A stretch of DNA of 61,170 bases from a virus (taxonomy: Duplodnaviria > Caudoviricetes): positions 1-61,170 of the IMG/VR virus record IMGVR_UViG_3300025131_008672, one strand, 5' to 3'. The position numbers were made by a program, and so were the translations under genes. Position 1 is the first letter of the stretch; the number at the start of each line of letters is the position of its first letter. This document shows positions 48,023 through 57,144 of the stretch, one piece after another. The notes beneath the pieces are model-generated. The model was given only the letters and a program-made list of their open reading frames with translations. It did no database searches and was not told the DNA's origin.

Positions 48023-48977
48023 CTATCAATTCTTCCATATAAGAGTACAATAATTTTGCACGATTTTCCCATGTATGCTTCTGGTGAAAATCATCGTGAG
48101 CTGTTTGAATGATCTTTTCAGACTCTTCCCAGTTATTTAAGTAGTAATAAAACTTCTCCAAGAAATCACTCAAATCATCCTTGAACTCTACACAGTTTAC
48201 ACCATCTTGAAGATCATTTTTATACTCTTCTTTAATTTCGCTACATAATAATAAAGTTTTGGACATCCCAATCTCATAATAGCGGCCAGTGACCTCTTCA
48301 AACGGTGCTGGTGTAGCTAGCCACATACGACACTGATGAATCTTGCGAGCGTACTCGTCATAACTGGGGATACGGGGGGCTATTGCGTCGGAACCATTTA
48401 AAAAGGTCGTAATATCTTTTTCTTCTTTGAGGAGATTTTGGAGACGCGAACGGATATTCACTGTTTTAAAAGCGCCCTCAACATACAACTTATTATCATG
48501 AAGGGCGCCGCTGAATCCTACGTCGTATACCTTTGGCTCTTGGCGGTCATAAAAGACCGCTGGGTCGGCTGCTTGAGGCAAAAGACGACATGAAATTCCT
48601 GTAGCTGCAGAGTACTGCTCTGTTAAGGGAACTGACGTCACAATCTGTGTGAACCTGTTCCGTTTGAGGAAGCCGAGCTTCTCCTCTAGGAGGTTTTGAG
48701 GCTTAAACAAATATCCCATCGATGGGATATCTGTTTGATCTAGACCCATGTTCTTAACGAAGGCCTCCTCCTTCAGAGCAAACCATCCCATTCCAAAATA
48801 AATGAGATCTGGCTTCTCCGGACAAAGACTTAAAGCGTCCGAAATAGACCCGAGGTTAGAATCGCCATAGTGATAGCACGTCGCCAATTGCGCAAACTGA
48901 TCAAACAAATAATTATAGTGTTGATAGGTTTGGCTTTTGGGGGAATGGGCGCCTGGGTCTATAAATAGAACTTTCAT
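48015..48977 (-). CDS. GT-B glycosyltransferase (CgeB / Glyco_trans_1_2-like)
   Basis: LPQAADP, YDVGFSG, RYYEIG, HTWENRA. Confidence 0.8.
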   Translation of the reverse strand: MKVLFIDPGAHSPKSQTYQHYNYLFDQFAQLATCYHYGDSNLGSISDALSLCPEKPDLIYFGMGWFALKEEAFVKNMGLDQTDIPSMGYLFKPQNLLEEKLGFLKRNRFTQIVTSVPLTEQYSAATGISCRLLPQAADPAVFYDRQEPKVYDVGFSGALHDNKLYVEGAFKTVNIRSRLQNLLKEEKDITTFLNGSDAIAPRIPSYDEYARKIHQCRMWLATPAPFEEVTGRYYEIGMSKTLLLCSEIKEEYKNDLQDGVNCVEFKDDLSDFLEKFYYYLNNWEESEKIIQTAHDDFHQKHTWENRAKLLYSYMEELIDE

Positions 48978-49010
48978 ACTATGGGCACACCTTGTGGTCC
49001 TGATCTCCCA

Positions 49011-49676
49011 TTATTGCCACCCAAAATATGCAAATTCTTTGGGAAACTTAGTACGCAAGTCTCTTTTAAGTTCATCAGTATAATATTCAGATTTCTTATC
49101 TCGGTTATAATTCCCCTCGTTAACGCGGATTTCGGTATTGACAATTTCTAGATGCGCGCAGACTTTATTGAGATCCTCTGTATAGGTAGCATACTGACCA
49201 ACGAAGTCAAACAGCGGCCGATCCTCTAAATGAGTAAGATAATATTGATCAATCAATTGATTATATTGGATTCTCTGTGTGAGGGTCTCTTTGCCTCCAA
49301 CATGGGTGGTAATAAAGTCTTCAAAACTAACATTAGTATCTAACGACCAGCGGCCGTTGAGTTGGCGATCGTAATTATATAATGAAATCAATAGATCATA
49401 TTTGTTGCGCACAAAAGTAAACTTATAATAATCATCCCAATTTTCTGCCACCTCTTTAAAATATTTAATCTTCTCATCTAGTGGGGCGCGCTTGTTGGAC
49501 AAGACTCCATCATCCAAGCCATTATTTTTTAGAAGTCTTACAATGGAGGACCCTCCTGTTTTGGCTACGTGCAAATAAAGAACTTTTTTTTCTTTAGAAA
49601 CAGTGAGAGGAGTCATTAGGTTAAGCCCACCTTCGTCCGGGGTGGTAAATCTTTTCATCAATTCTTCTTTGTTCAT
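49011..49676 (-). CDS. Sulfotransferase (Sulfotransfer_2 family)
   Basis: YLHVAKTGGSS, FTFVRNKYDLLIS, FDFVG, EFAYFGW. Confidence 0.85.
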   Translation of the reverse strand: MNKEELMKRFTTPDEGGLNLMTPLTVSKEKKVLYLHVAKTGGSSIVRLLKNNGLDDGVLSNKRAPLDEKIKYFKEVAENWDDYYKFTFVRNKYDLLISLYNYDRQLNGRWSLDTNVSFEDFITTHVGGKETLTQRIQYNQLIDQYYLTHLEDRPLFDFVGQYATYTEDLNKVCAHLEIVNTEIRVNEGNYNRDKKSEYYTDELKRDLRTKFPKEFAYFGWQ

Positions 49677-49680
49677 TAGC

Positions 49681-50577
49681 TTATTTCCTCATATTTTTAA
49701 CGCCCGGGGCATATTCTTGGATATGTCTTAAGGCGCCCTGGTCATGGTATCCTTCAACAACTGTTTTAAAGTCGTAAACAGTATATCCATAATGTATGAG
49801 AAAGAAAAGACTATTCAAGATATGGTCTCCCCACCTATACTTATAGATCCCTCCCGACTCGTTAAGGTCGTGATTCCACTGGATCCATTCAGGAGTTTTG
49901 AACAAACTAGTTTTAAACACATACGAGTCTGCGTACGTAAAGTTATGAAAATTTTTATCTGCTTCAGGATCGGTTAACAAATCTTGAATAAACTGGGCTT
50001 GGGGTGTAATATCGTGCCGGAGCAGGTAGGCCTTCAGGTAGTCCCATAAGCCGACCCGACAATCAAAGTTTCCTTGTGTAGGGGGCTTATCTTTAGTATA
50101 TGTAACCTTTAGGGCGCCGGCAGCTTTTTCCTGGTTCGCCATTACTTCAAAGAAATCGTAGGGAACTTCTTTAGTGAACCGAGCTTCATCATCAATAGTC
50201 ATGATATAGTCATATTTGTGCAACTCGGTGTTCGGGTACTTATAGAGGTTGTTAAAATAGTGACACATATGAAGATATCCTTTTCGTTGAATAGGAAAAC
50301 GATTGCGGACATACCATAACTCGTGTCGATTATAAAAAAGCTCATCCTCCTTCAAAAAGGGGGGTGTTTCATAGGGTATGGAACGAAAATGAATATTTGT
50401 GCTAATATTTGTCCAAATAAGTTGTCGATATTTCTCGGAATCGTAAATATCGTCAAAATAATGTACATACACAGGATAATCGTATCGATAATTCCATTTC
50501 TGCCATAGCGAATCCAAGCAAATAGGAAGACACTTGTTTCGTGACGATAGAATATTAATACATCCCTTGAGGCTCAT
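49681..50577 (-). CDS. GT15 (Kre2/Mnt1-like alpha-1,2-mannosyltransferase) family glycosyltransferase
   Basis: GYLHMCHYF, KYDYIMTIDDEARF...YDFFEVM and GGIYKYRWGD parallel the Kre2 motifs SYRHMCR, YDWYWRVEPD and GGFFYERWGD. Confidence 0.75.
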   Translation of the reverse strand: MSLKGCINILSSRNKCLPICLDSLWQKWNYRYDYPVYVHYFDDIYDSEKYRQLIWTNISTNIHFRSIPYETPPFLKEDELFYNRHELWYVRNRFPIQRKGYLHMCHYFNNLYKYPNTELHKYDYIMTIDDEARFTKEVPYDFFEVMANQEKAAGALKVTYTKDKPPTQGNFDCRVGLWDYLKAYLLRHDITPQAQFIQDLLTDPEADKNFHNFTYADSYVFKTSLFKTPEWIQWNHDLNESGGIYKYRWGDHILNSLFFLIHYGYTVYDFKTVVEGYHDQGALRHIQEYAPGVKNMRK

Positions 50578-51524
50578 TTCATAACCCCCAAACTATCAAG
50601 ATCATACTTGCTCACCCACTTAATATATTTTTCTAGGCCGCTGCGCAGAGAAAAGGCGTTTACGTGACCATAGTTCTTGATTTTGTCTACATTGCTCAAG
50701 AGCTTTTTCACCTCACCAGGGCGCGGGTCCATATGAACTATTGTAGAGCTTGATTTGGAAATGTCAATAATTTCTTGAGCAATAGCGTTAATAGTATGAT
50801 CTTGACCAAACCCGGTATTAACAATTTCACCAGATGGTATGTTCCGTGCAACCACATAGCCATTGACCGCATCCTCAATATATTGATAGTCGCGCGTCTG
50901 ATCCCCGTCGCCATAAACAATAAGAGGCTTTCCATCCAAGGCGCGGCGGACAAAGATGGCGATCACCGATCCATAACCGGAGGATTTCTGTCTAGGACCA
51001 AAAGTGTTAAAGTTACGAACTACGCGAACATCTGTGCGATACGTATGGTGGTAAGCAACACACAATGATTCGGCTGCTACCTTAGATGCTGCATAAGGAG
51101 ATTGAGGATTGACCGGAGAGCGTTCTGTGTGCTCTCCTGGGGATTCTCCATAAACCTCCGCCGAAGAAGCCATTGTCATGGACAGTTTACGATTTTGAGT
51201 GCACAAATCAAGGAGATTTTTGGTCCCCGTTAAATTAATTTTGAGTGTTTCGTCGGGGCGAATGATAGATTTTTCAACATGAATTTGTGCAGCTAAATGG
51301 AAAATATGGTCACAATCCCCGGTTAATTCTTTGAGACGATTGACATTTAAAATACTATCCTCCACAAAATAGAAATTTTTATTATTAAAGAGGCCTCGGA
51401 TATTATTAAGATTACCATTATAGAAATTGTCTAAGCAGACAACATCGTGGCCCTCTTTCACCAAACGCTCACATAAATGGGAGCCGATAAAACCAGCCCC
51501 TCCTGTTACAAGATATTTACTCAT
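50574..51524 (-). CDS. NAD-dependent nucleotide-sugar epimerase/dehydratase (start revised to MSKYLVTGG)
   Basis: VTGGAGFIGSHL, HLAAQIHV, SSAEVYG, YAASK, RNFNTFGPRQ, GDGDQTRD. Confidence 0.92.
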   Translation of the reverse strand: MSKYLVTGGAGFIGSHLCERLVKEGHDVVCLDNFYNGNLNNIRGLFNNKNFYFVEDSILNVNRLKELTGDCDHIFHLAAQIHVEKSIIRPDETLKINLTGTKNLLDLCTQNRKLSMTMASSAEVYGESPGEHTERSPVNPQSPYAASKVAAESLCVAYHHTYRTDVRVVRNFNTFGPRQKSSGYGSVIAIFVRRALDGKPLIVYGDGDQTRDYQYIEDAVNGYVVARNIPSGEIVNTGFGQDHTINAIAQEIIDISKSSSTIVHMDPRPGEVKKLLSNVDKIKNYGHVNAFSLRSGLEKYIKWVSKYDLDSLGVMK

Positions 51525-51553
51525 ACTTTTTCTCTTTTTCCTTTCCGGGCATC

Positions 51554-52261
51554 TCAATAACTCCAACAATGCTTATGAATCATCTGTGCCATTTCCACAG
51601 CTTGGGCATCCTTCATTTCACGTGTGAGACCATTATCCCCTTCAAATTCGCGGTGATGATATATCATAGCTTCTGGATTAAATTGATACTGGAATCCTTG
51701 ATGTGCAAGTCGAGCGATAAGCTCTTGACCACACCCACCATATCCCTCAAATCTTTCGGAGAACATCCCACATCCTAGCCAGTCTTTTCGATACATCGAA
51801 GTATTGTTCTCTACCAGGCGTTCGGTGATAGGGTGGAGTTTTCGGATGCCATATTTTAATAGCGTGTGCTTCATTTTAGGATGAAGCGAATCTTTGGGGT
51901 CATGGGAATTCCTATAGCCCCCAGTAAGGACGCCCCGTGTGGCTGATGCTTTGTGTGCGGCCACATATCCGGGCACCGGGAAGGAGTCGTCGTCCAAGAT
52001 GGCTATAATGGGCCGTGTGGTCTCTACAATCCCCATATTGCGTGCCTTTGCCAAACAATATTTCTCGTGTTCCAAGGTGTCGATCCATTTGATGGGGAAA
52101 GGCGCTTGATAAGAAGCTAACATTTCAACTGTATTGTCCGTTCCTCCGTCAATGGCGACAACCACTTCAAAATCCATATCAGTTTGTTTCTTAAAACAAT
52201 CTAAATTAAGCTTCAAAACGTCGCTTCGATTGTAAGTGGTGATAATAACCGAAAGAGACAC
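51554..52261 (-). CDS. GT2 family glycosyltransferase (probable GTG start at 52261)
   Basis: SVIITTYNR, IDGGTD, ARNMG, LDDD, FEGYG; TAGTG overlap with upstream gene. Confidence 0.88.
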   Translation of the reverse strand: MSLSVIITTYNRSDVLKLNLDCFKKQTDMDFEVVVAIDGGTDNTVEMLASYQAPFPIKWIDTLEHEKYCLAKARNMGIVETTRPIIAILDDDSFPVPGYVAAHKASATRGVLTGGYRNSHDPKDSLHPKMKHTLLKYGIRKLHPITERLVENNTSMYRKDWLGCGMFSERFEGYGGCGQELIARLAHQGFQYQFNPEAMIYHHREFEGDNGLTREMKDAQAVEMAQMIHKHCWSY

Positions 52262-52965
52262 TAGAAATACCTCTGGCAAAAGGGCGCTGCGTGGGGGAGT
52301 GATAATCTCTGTTCTATACTAACAGCATAGTGATCAGACTTTAAATGATAGATCAAAGAAGAGGCATCGGGGAATACAGCCGATATAGCTTGTTCAGGAA
52401 GCTCTTGCACCATGAACTGCTCTTCCTCTATAGTTTTGGAGAGCGCCGGGCTCTCACAGTGCTTCAAGTCCGTTGTTTCCTGCAGGCGCTCAATGTTGGC
52501 TATCCACTTGTGTAGAAACTGTTGGGCTTTTTCAACATTTATAGCGCCGAAAAAGGAACCAATGTGACGTGAGAATCCCGGTCGGGTTCGGCTACATGCC
52601 ACCACATCCGCGTCCTTATCGATAAGCTGCTCAAAAGGGGCCACAAAAATACAATCGGAATCTATCATCAAAGTGGGCAACCCTGTGGCCTCTAAACAAC
52701 CCAGCAAGTATTTGGTTTTAGAGTAGGTATTAGCTTTCCAGCCGCTATCGTGAATTTGCGACGACTTAAAGTCTGCCCCTGTAGTTACTACCTCAACTTT
52801 GGGGAAATAATTAAAGTATTCAACAGTTTCCGACTGAAGTCCTGTGTCATAAACGTAAATCTTTTCTACATTTGAAAGATTAATATGCTCAAACAGCGAG
52901 TTAAGAAACAGTTTTCCAAATTGTGCGTACCCTTCGTTAATGACTGTTAATAAATTATACCTCAT
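52261..52965 (-). CDS. GT-A glycosyltransferase (nucleotide-diphospho-sugar transferase-like)
   Basis: VYDTGL, KTKYL, LMIDSDCIF DxD motif, GSFF; cluster context. Confidence 0.65.
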   Translation of the reverse strand: MRYNLLTVINEGYAQFGKLFLNSLFEHINLSNVEKIYVYDTGLQSETVEYFNYFPKVEVVTTGADFKSSQIHDSGWKANTYSKTKYLLGCLEATGLPTLMIDSDCIFVAPFEQLIDKDADVVACSRTRPGFSRHIGSFFGAINVEKAQQFLHKWIANIERLQETTDLKHCESPALSKTIEEEQFMVQELPEQAISAVFPDASSLIYHLKSDHYAVSIEQRLSLPHAAPFCQRYF

Positions 52966-53807
52966 AGCAACAATCCCTCTAACTTTTTACATGCTACATC
53001 TCGCATTGTTCGGACTTCTTCAATTAATTCGTCTCCATTAAGATGAAACCACTCCTCGTGGGCCACTCCGATTACTTCTTTTTGGGAGAGAAACTTACAA
53101 TTAAGCATTTTCGCTTCAACTGCAACGCGAGGAGTAGGTTCTGGATGTCCTGTCTGGAATACAAGCCCCTTATACTCTGCTAGAATCCGCAAAAACTCAT
53201 GATGAGTAGGGGCTTTGATTAAATCAAAAGGAAGATTGGCTTTTTTACAGAACTCCACTGTTTGGGGCGTTTTTTTGATCGCATTAGGAGAATCAATAAC
53301 AGCAAATTTCTCCTTTTTGGGTATCGAATTAAGAGACTTTAATAAATCCAAATCGGCGTCGTTCCACATACTGCAGTTAATATTATCGATATTCTTTAGA
53401 CCCAAGTTGGCTTCAAAGATTTGGCGATGCATTTTGCTTAAGCACATAACACTTACGGCATTTTGATAAAAGGTAAAATTGCATTTATGTCCTTCATCGG
53501 GGGCAAGAAAATTGGGATAACCGATGGGATTACGATTTTTTAAAAATTTATAATCGTGTTCATATATTAAATATTTACAATATTTGGCTATCAGAGCTTT
53601 ACAGACATTTTTCAAGCCAACAAAATTACTGATAAACCAAGCTTTATCGGTATTATCCAAGACATATTGAGGAGTTACATTAAATGTATTTATTTTATCA
53701 AATAATTTATCTTTGCTTTCAAAATAATCTATAACTACCTGATCATGAAGCTCAGCCCCTCCGAGATGTTGGTGGGCAAAAAAATCTTGTAAGAAGATTA
53801 CCTTCAT
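52962..53807 (-). CDS. GT-B glycosyltransferase
   Basis: GGAEL, YEHDY, EPTPRVAVEAKMLNC (E-x7-E motif). Confidence 0.75.
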   Translation of the reverse strand: MKVIFLQDFFAHQHLGGAELHDQVVIDYFESKDKLFDKINTFNVTPQYVLDNTDKAWFISNFVGLKNVCKALIAKYCKYLIYEHDYKFLKNRNPIGYPNFLAPDEGHKCNFTFYQNAVSVMCLSKMHRQIFEANLGLKNIDNINCSMWNDADLDLLKSLNSIPKKEKFAVIDSPNAIKKTPQTVEFCKKANLPFDLIKAPTHHEFLRILAEYKGLVFQTGHPEPTPRVAVEAKMLNCKFLSQKEVIGVAHEEWFHLNGDELIEEVRTMRDVACKKLEGLLL

Positions 53808-53821
53808 AAGTTTGGAGCCCC

Positions 53822-55105
53822 CTAGAGTTCAGAAATTTCTTCGATCTTTTTTAACCACTCTACCACTTCAGTGTCGGGCTCTTTGTGCACATAAGAAACG
53901 AACCTCTCCAATAGTTCATCTTCTTTAAAATTAGCAACGATTTCTTTTTTAAGGGCCCTGGCTCGCTGTCGATGATGTTTTTGCCGCGTAATCGTCTCGC
54001 GGAGGGCACGTTTATAGGATGCCTCCCGCGCATAAGCCCACATGGTATTTTCTTCGATGACTCCAGGCCAAATAGCACTTTTTTGTACCGGGGCGATACT
54101 ATAATCCACCGGGACTACATAAGGCACCCTTTTGCCTTTTTTGTTGGTCTTACAAATGAAATCCAACTGGCCTCCCCATGTCACGGTAATAAGAGGTAAG
54201 CTATTATAGGCAGCCTCGAAAAGGGGCAATCCGAAACCTTCACCATGAGCAATATTAATTAAGCCTTGCATTGTGGGATGCTGATAGAGCCACGCCAATT
54301 GTCCTTCCGTTAATTCCCCATGGAGTAAATAAATCTTACATTGGCGATTCTCTACACCCCACTGTTTTTCCTCGTTCAACAAACTTTTAAGACGGGTAAT
54401 CGTTTTCTCGCGATCAAGGATGCTATCATTCATGGTATTTGTCTTTAAAACCAATCCTACATCAGGATCATCCTGAAACTCTTCGACGAACCAGCGAATG
54501 GTGTTATCAAGATTTTTCCGCGGGCCCCATTGTGACACAACCATAAAATTCTTTGACGTGGAGAATTCTACATCTATTGGCTGAGACTCTATCTCGCGAA
54601 CTGGATATCCCACCACTTCGACTGGAACCTTAACCGACCATCCCTTTACAGTCTCACCTGTTGCTTGATTGAGAGCATCATATTGTGTATTTTTAAACAC
54701 GTTTTGGGAATGTTCGGAGATAGTAATAATCTTATCTACTGTTTCGTTGGTCTTTTCAATCCATTTGGGAGAAATTTTATTACACTCAATACCCGCCGTA
54801 TAGCCAATATTGGATATAGCCATTTTTTCGAACTCTAAAGGAATGGTGACTTGTACCGAGATATCAAAACCTGGCTGCCCTTGAGTCTGCTGAAGATATG
54901 TTGCTGTTTTGGCAAGAAGGCCGTGAATCCAGGTAGTCTCCTCAGTAGTCTGGGCTACATGGCCTGTCCCTCCCCATCGAATATTGATGATATAAATATC
55001 GAATATATCTTCCCGCGATCTTAATGCGCGGAGAGCGAATCGTGTTTGCTCGCCATATCCCGAGCGGGAGAGCGCGGGCCCCTTCACTACAATTTTTGTT
55101 AACAC
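53822..55105 (-). CDS. GT4-like glycosyltransferase
   Basis: SGYG, PRKNL, GEGFGLPLFEAA, WGGQLDF. Confidence 0.88.
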   Translation of the reverse strand: MLTKIVVKGPALSRSGYGEQTRFALRALRSREDIFDIYIINIRWGGTGHVAQTTEETTWIHGLLAKTATYLQQTQGQPGFDISVQVTIPLEFEKMAISNIGYTAGIECNKISPKWIEKTNETVDKIITISEHSQNVFKNTQYDALNQATGETVKGWSVKVPVEVVGYPVREIESQPIDVEFSTSKNFMVVSQWGPRKNLDNTIRWFVEEFQDDPDVGLVLKTNTMNDSILDREKTITRLKSLLNEEKQWGVENRQCKIYLLHGELTEGQLAWLYQHPTMQGLINIAHGEGFGLPLFEAAYNSLPLITVTWGGQLDFICKTNKKGKRVPYVVPVDYSIAPVQKSAIWPGVIEENTMWAYAREASYKRALRETITRQKHHRQRARALKKEIVANFKEDELLERFVSYVHKEPDTEVVEWLKKIEEISEL

Positions 55106-56355
55106 TAAAACGTCCTCATTTCATACATATTATATTGCTCCCGAGTCTCCCAGGATCCCTTTTCTAACACTATTTTCTCAAAAAGAGCGTCCCATGTTTG
55201 AATAAACTCATCAAAATTAAAGTTACTCTCTGCCCACGTATGCGACGCGGCACCGAGTTCAGCGCGTTCTTCTGCGGGCATATTATACATCTTGTGCAAC
55301 GCAGCTAGGAAATCTTCTTTCGCAATACGATCTTCATAGATATAAGGAACTTCTTGCGAGCCAATAATTGCCCTGGATACTGGTTCAATACCAACCCCAA
55401 ACCAATTTGTACCGTCCGTTATTTGATCTTGAAGTCCTCCGGTCATCGTCGCAATCACCGGAGTTCCACAGGCCAAAGATTCTAGAGCCGATAGCCCGAA
55501 ACCCTCGGCGTCAGAAATATTAATAGTGACATCTGCCATATTATAAACCATAGCTAAGTCCTGAGGCAGCACCTTTTCTTGTGAAAAAAGAACCTGGCCG
55601 GCCGTGATACCGAGTTCGTGGACAATTACCTCTAGGTCTTGCCCATGAACATCTTTAATATCGGTGTGCATAATGAGGGCCGCTTTATCGTGGCCAACTT
55701 CATCAAGAAATTCCTTAAACCACCAGATTAGAGTACCTGATTGCTTACGCCGCGCATTGCGACTATTCCAAAAACATAAAAATTTGTCATTAATTTGCCT
55801 GTTTTTTCTGTGTTCTATAACCGTCTCCGCGCCTAGGGGCTTAAAGATCTCTGGATCCACCGCATGCGGGATATAGGAAGAATCCACCTCGGGGGTCACC
55901 GTCTGTAAAATATCATAGGTGAGTTTAGAAATACAGGCCACATGATCGTTGGAGAGGTAATAGGGTCGATTAAATCGGGGATAGGGGTAATTGTCCCATA
56001 CATGATAATATACCATAGGCACATGTGCCCTAATTTCATTTTCTATTCCCCACAGCCAGCCGTAGAAACGCGGGTCGGTCATAAACCATAAAATATCTGG
56101 TTTTTGTTGGTGAATCATCGCTCTCACCATGTCGGCGTTTCCATAGCCGTCGACGGGCCACACTACCCAGTCATGTCCCCACTCTTCTGTATGTTGGGGT
56201 TCATGCTTCTGGTGTTTGATTGCTCCGCCAAAGGAAACAAATTGATATTTTCCGGTGCGGAGCATTCCTTCAATAATGTATCGAGTTTGCCCCCCCACTC
56301 CAGACGGCGACAAAGGGTGATCACTAATAGTAAAAATCTTAATTTTTTTAGACAT
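55105..56355 (-). CDS. GT4-like glycosyltransferase
   Basis: SGVG, IPHAVD, RNARRKQ, YNMADV...EGFGLSALESLACGTPVI. Confidence 0.9.
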   Translation of the reverse strand: MSKKIKIFTISDHPLSPSGVGGQTRYIIEGMLRTGKYQFVSFGGAIKHQKHEPQHTEEWGHDWVVWPVDGYGNADMVRAMIHQQKPDILWFMTDPRFYGWLWGIENEIRAHVPMVYYHVWDNYPYPRFNRPYYLSNDHVACISKLTYDILQTVTPEVDSSYIPHAVDPEIFKPLGAETVIEHRKNRQINDKFLCFWNSRNARRKQSGTLIWWFKEFLDEVGHDKAALIMHTDIKDVHGQDLEVIVHELGITAGQVLFSQEKVLPQDLAMVYNMADVTINISDAEGFGLSALESLACGTPVIATMTGGLQDQITDGTNWFGVGIEPVSRAIIGSQEVPYIYEDRIAKEDFLAALHKMYNMPAEERAELGAASHTWAESNFNFDEFIQTWDALFEKIVLEKGSWETREQYNMYEMRTF

Positions 56356-56364
56356 ATGGGTTCC

Positions 56365-57144
56365 TTATGGACAGTGTTTAGTATTCAGCAACTTACAGGG
56401 ATAAGGCTTATGACACTTTAGACGGTTCTTAATACTAAATCTTTTAGTGATATTATAAATTGCTTGATAGAGAAGTTTAAGAGCATTTTCAGTTTTTCTT
56501 GGACCGGACGACACTTTAAATATTTCAACTCGATCTTTTTTGGCTGTTCTTTTTAACAATGCAAAATGGGTTTCTACGTTTTTTGGGTCAATTTTGTGTT
56601 TTTGACAAAAGAAATATTTGTATAGAGTTAACTGATACGTGATCAGCTTTTCTGCCTTCTTGCGAGAATCCCATCCCCAAGAACACGTTTTCCAATCAAA
56701 AAGATGATAAGTGTCGTCTACCTTAACAACGGCGTCAACAAAACCTTTAAAGAAGATATTAAAATTCTCGATTGGTACATAAAGCATCTCCTCTGAAGAG
56801 AATACTTCATAATCCCCGAAATAGGCTTGTAAAGCGTCGTCAACTTCATGGAGAATTGCCGGGCCCGCCGTTTTCATCTGTTCTATGTTTGTAGGGCTAA
56901 CTTCGATGTTTTTTTCTAAAAGCTCTTGAAGTCTCTTGGTAAAACCTAGCTGGAATACTTCTTTCTCGTCAATATTTTCCTTGAGGAGCTTCTTTTCACA
57001 CACATCATGAATAGCGCTCCCGAAGGCAGTATATTCGTTGCCCTCGAATGGAGCAACCCTCTCAACCCATGCTTTTTTGTGATAATGCGGGCATTTTGCC
57101 CAGTCTTTTAGTTCTGAATACGATATATGTTCACGTTTCGTCAT
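56365..57144 (-). CDS. PD-(D/E)XK nuclease, Cas4/RecB-like
   Basis: ISYS...CP, FGSAIH, GFVD...DWKT, QLTLY, C-terminal C-x5-C-x7-CP. Confidence 0.85.
   Translation of the reverse strand: MTKREHISYSELKDWAKCPHYHKKAWVERVAPFEGNEYTAFGSAIHDVCEKKLLKENIDEKEVFQLGFTKRLQELLEKNIEVSPTNIEQMKTAGPAILHEVDDALQAYFGDYEVFSSEEMLYVPIENFNIFFKGFVDAVVKVDDTYHLFDWKTCSWGWDSRKKAEKLITYQLTLYKYFFCQKHKIDPKNVETHFALLKRTAKKDRVEIFKVSSGPRKTENALKLLYQAIYNITKRFSIKNRLKCHKPYPCKLLNTKHCP

Noticed and set aside
38114-56355. Bacterial chromosomal O-antigen/capsule locus, or a giant eukaryotic virus origin
   Set aside because: No wzx/wzy/wzz/ABC or initiating transferase; seamless coupling to phage genes with SD sites, a sigma factor and gp25/gp6 baseplate genes.
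56365-57144. CRISPR-Cas system suggested by the Cas4-like nuclease
   Set aside because: No repeat-spacer array, no other cas genes and no intergenic room; solo Cas4-like nucleases are common in phages.
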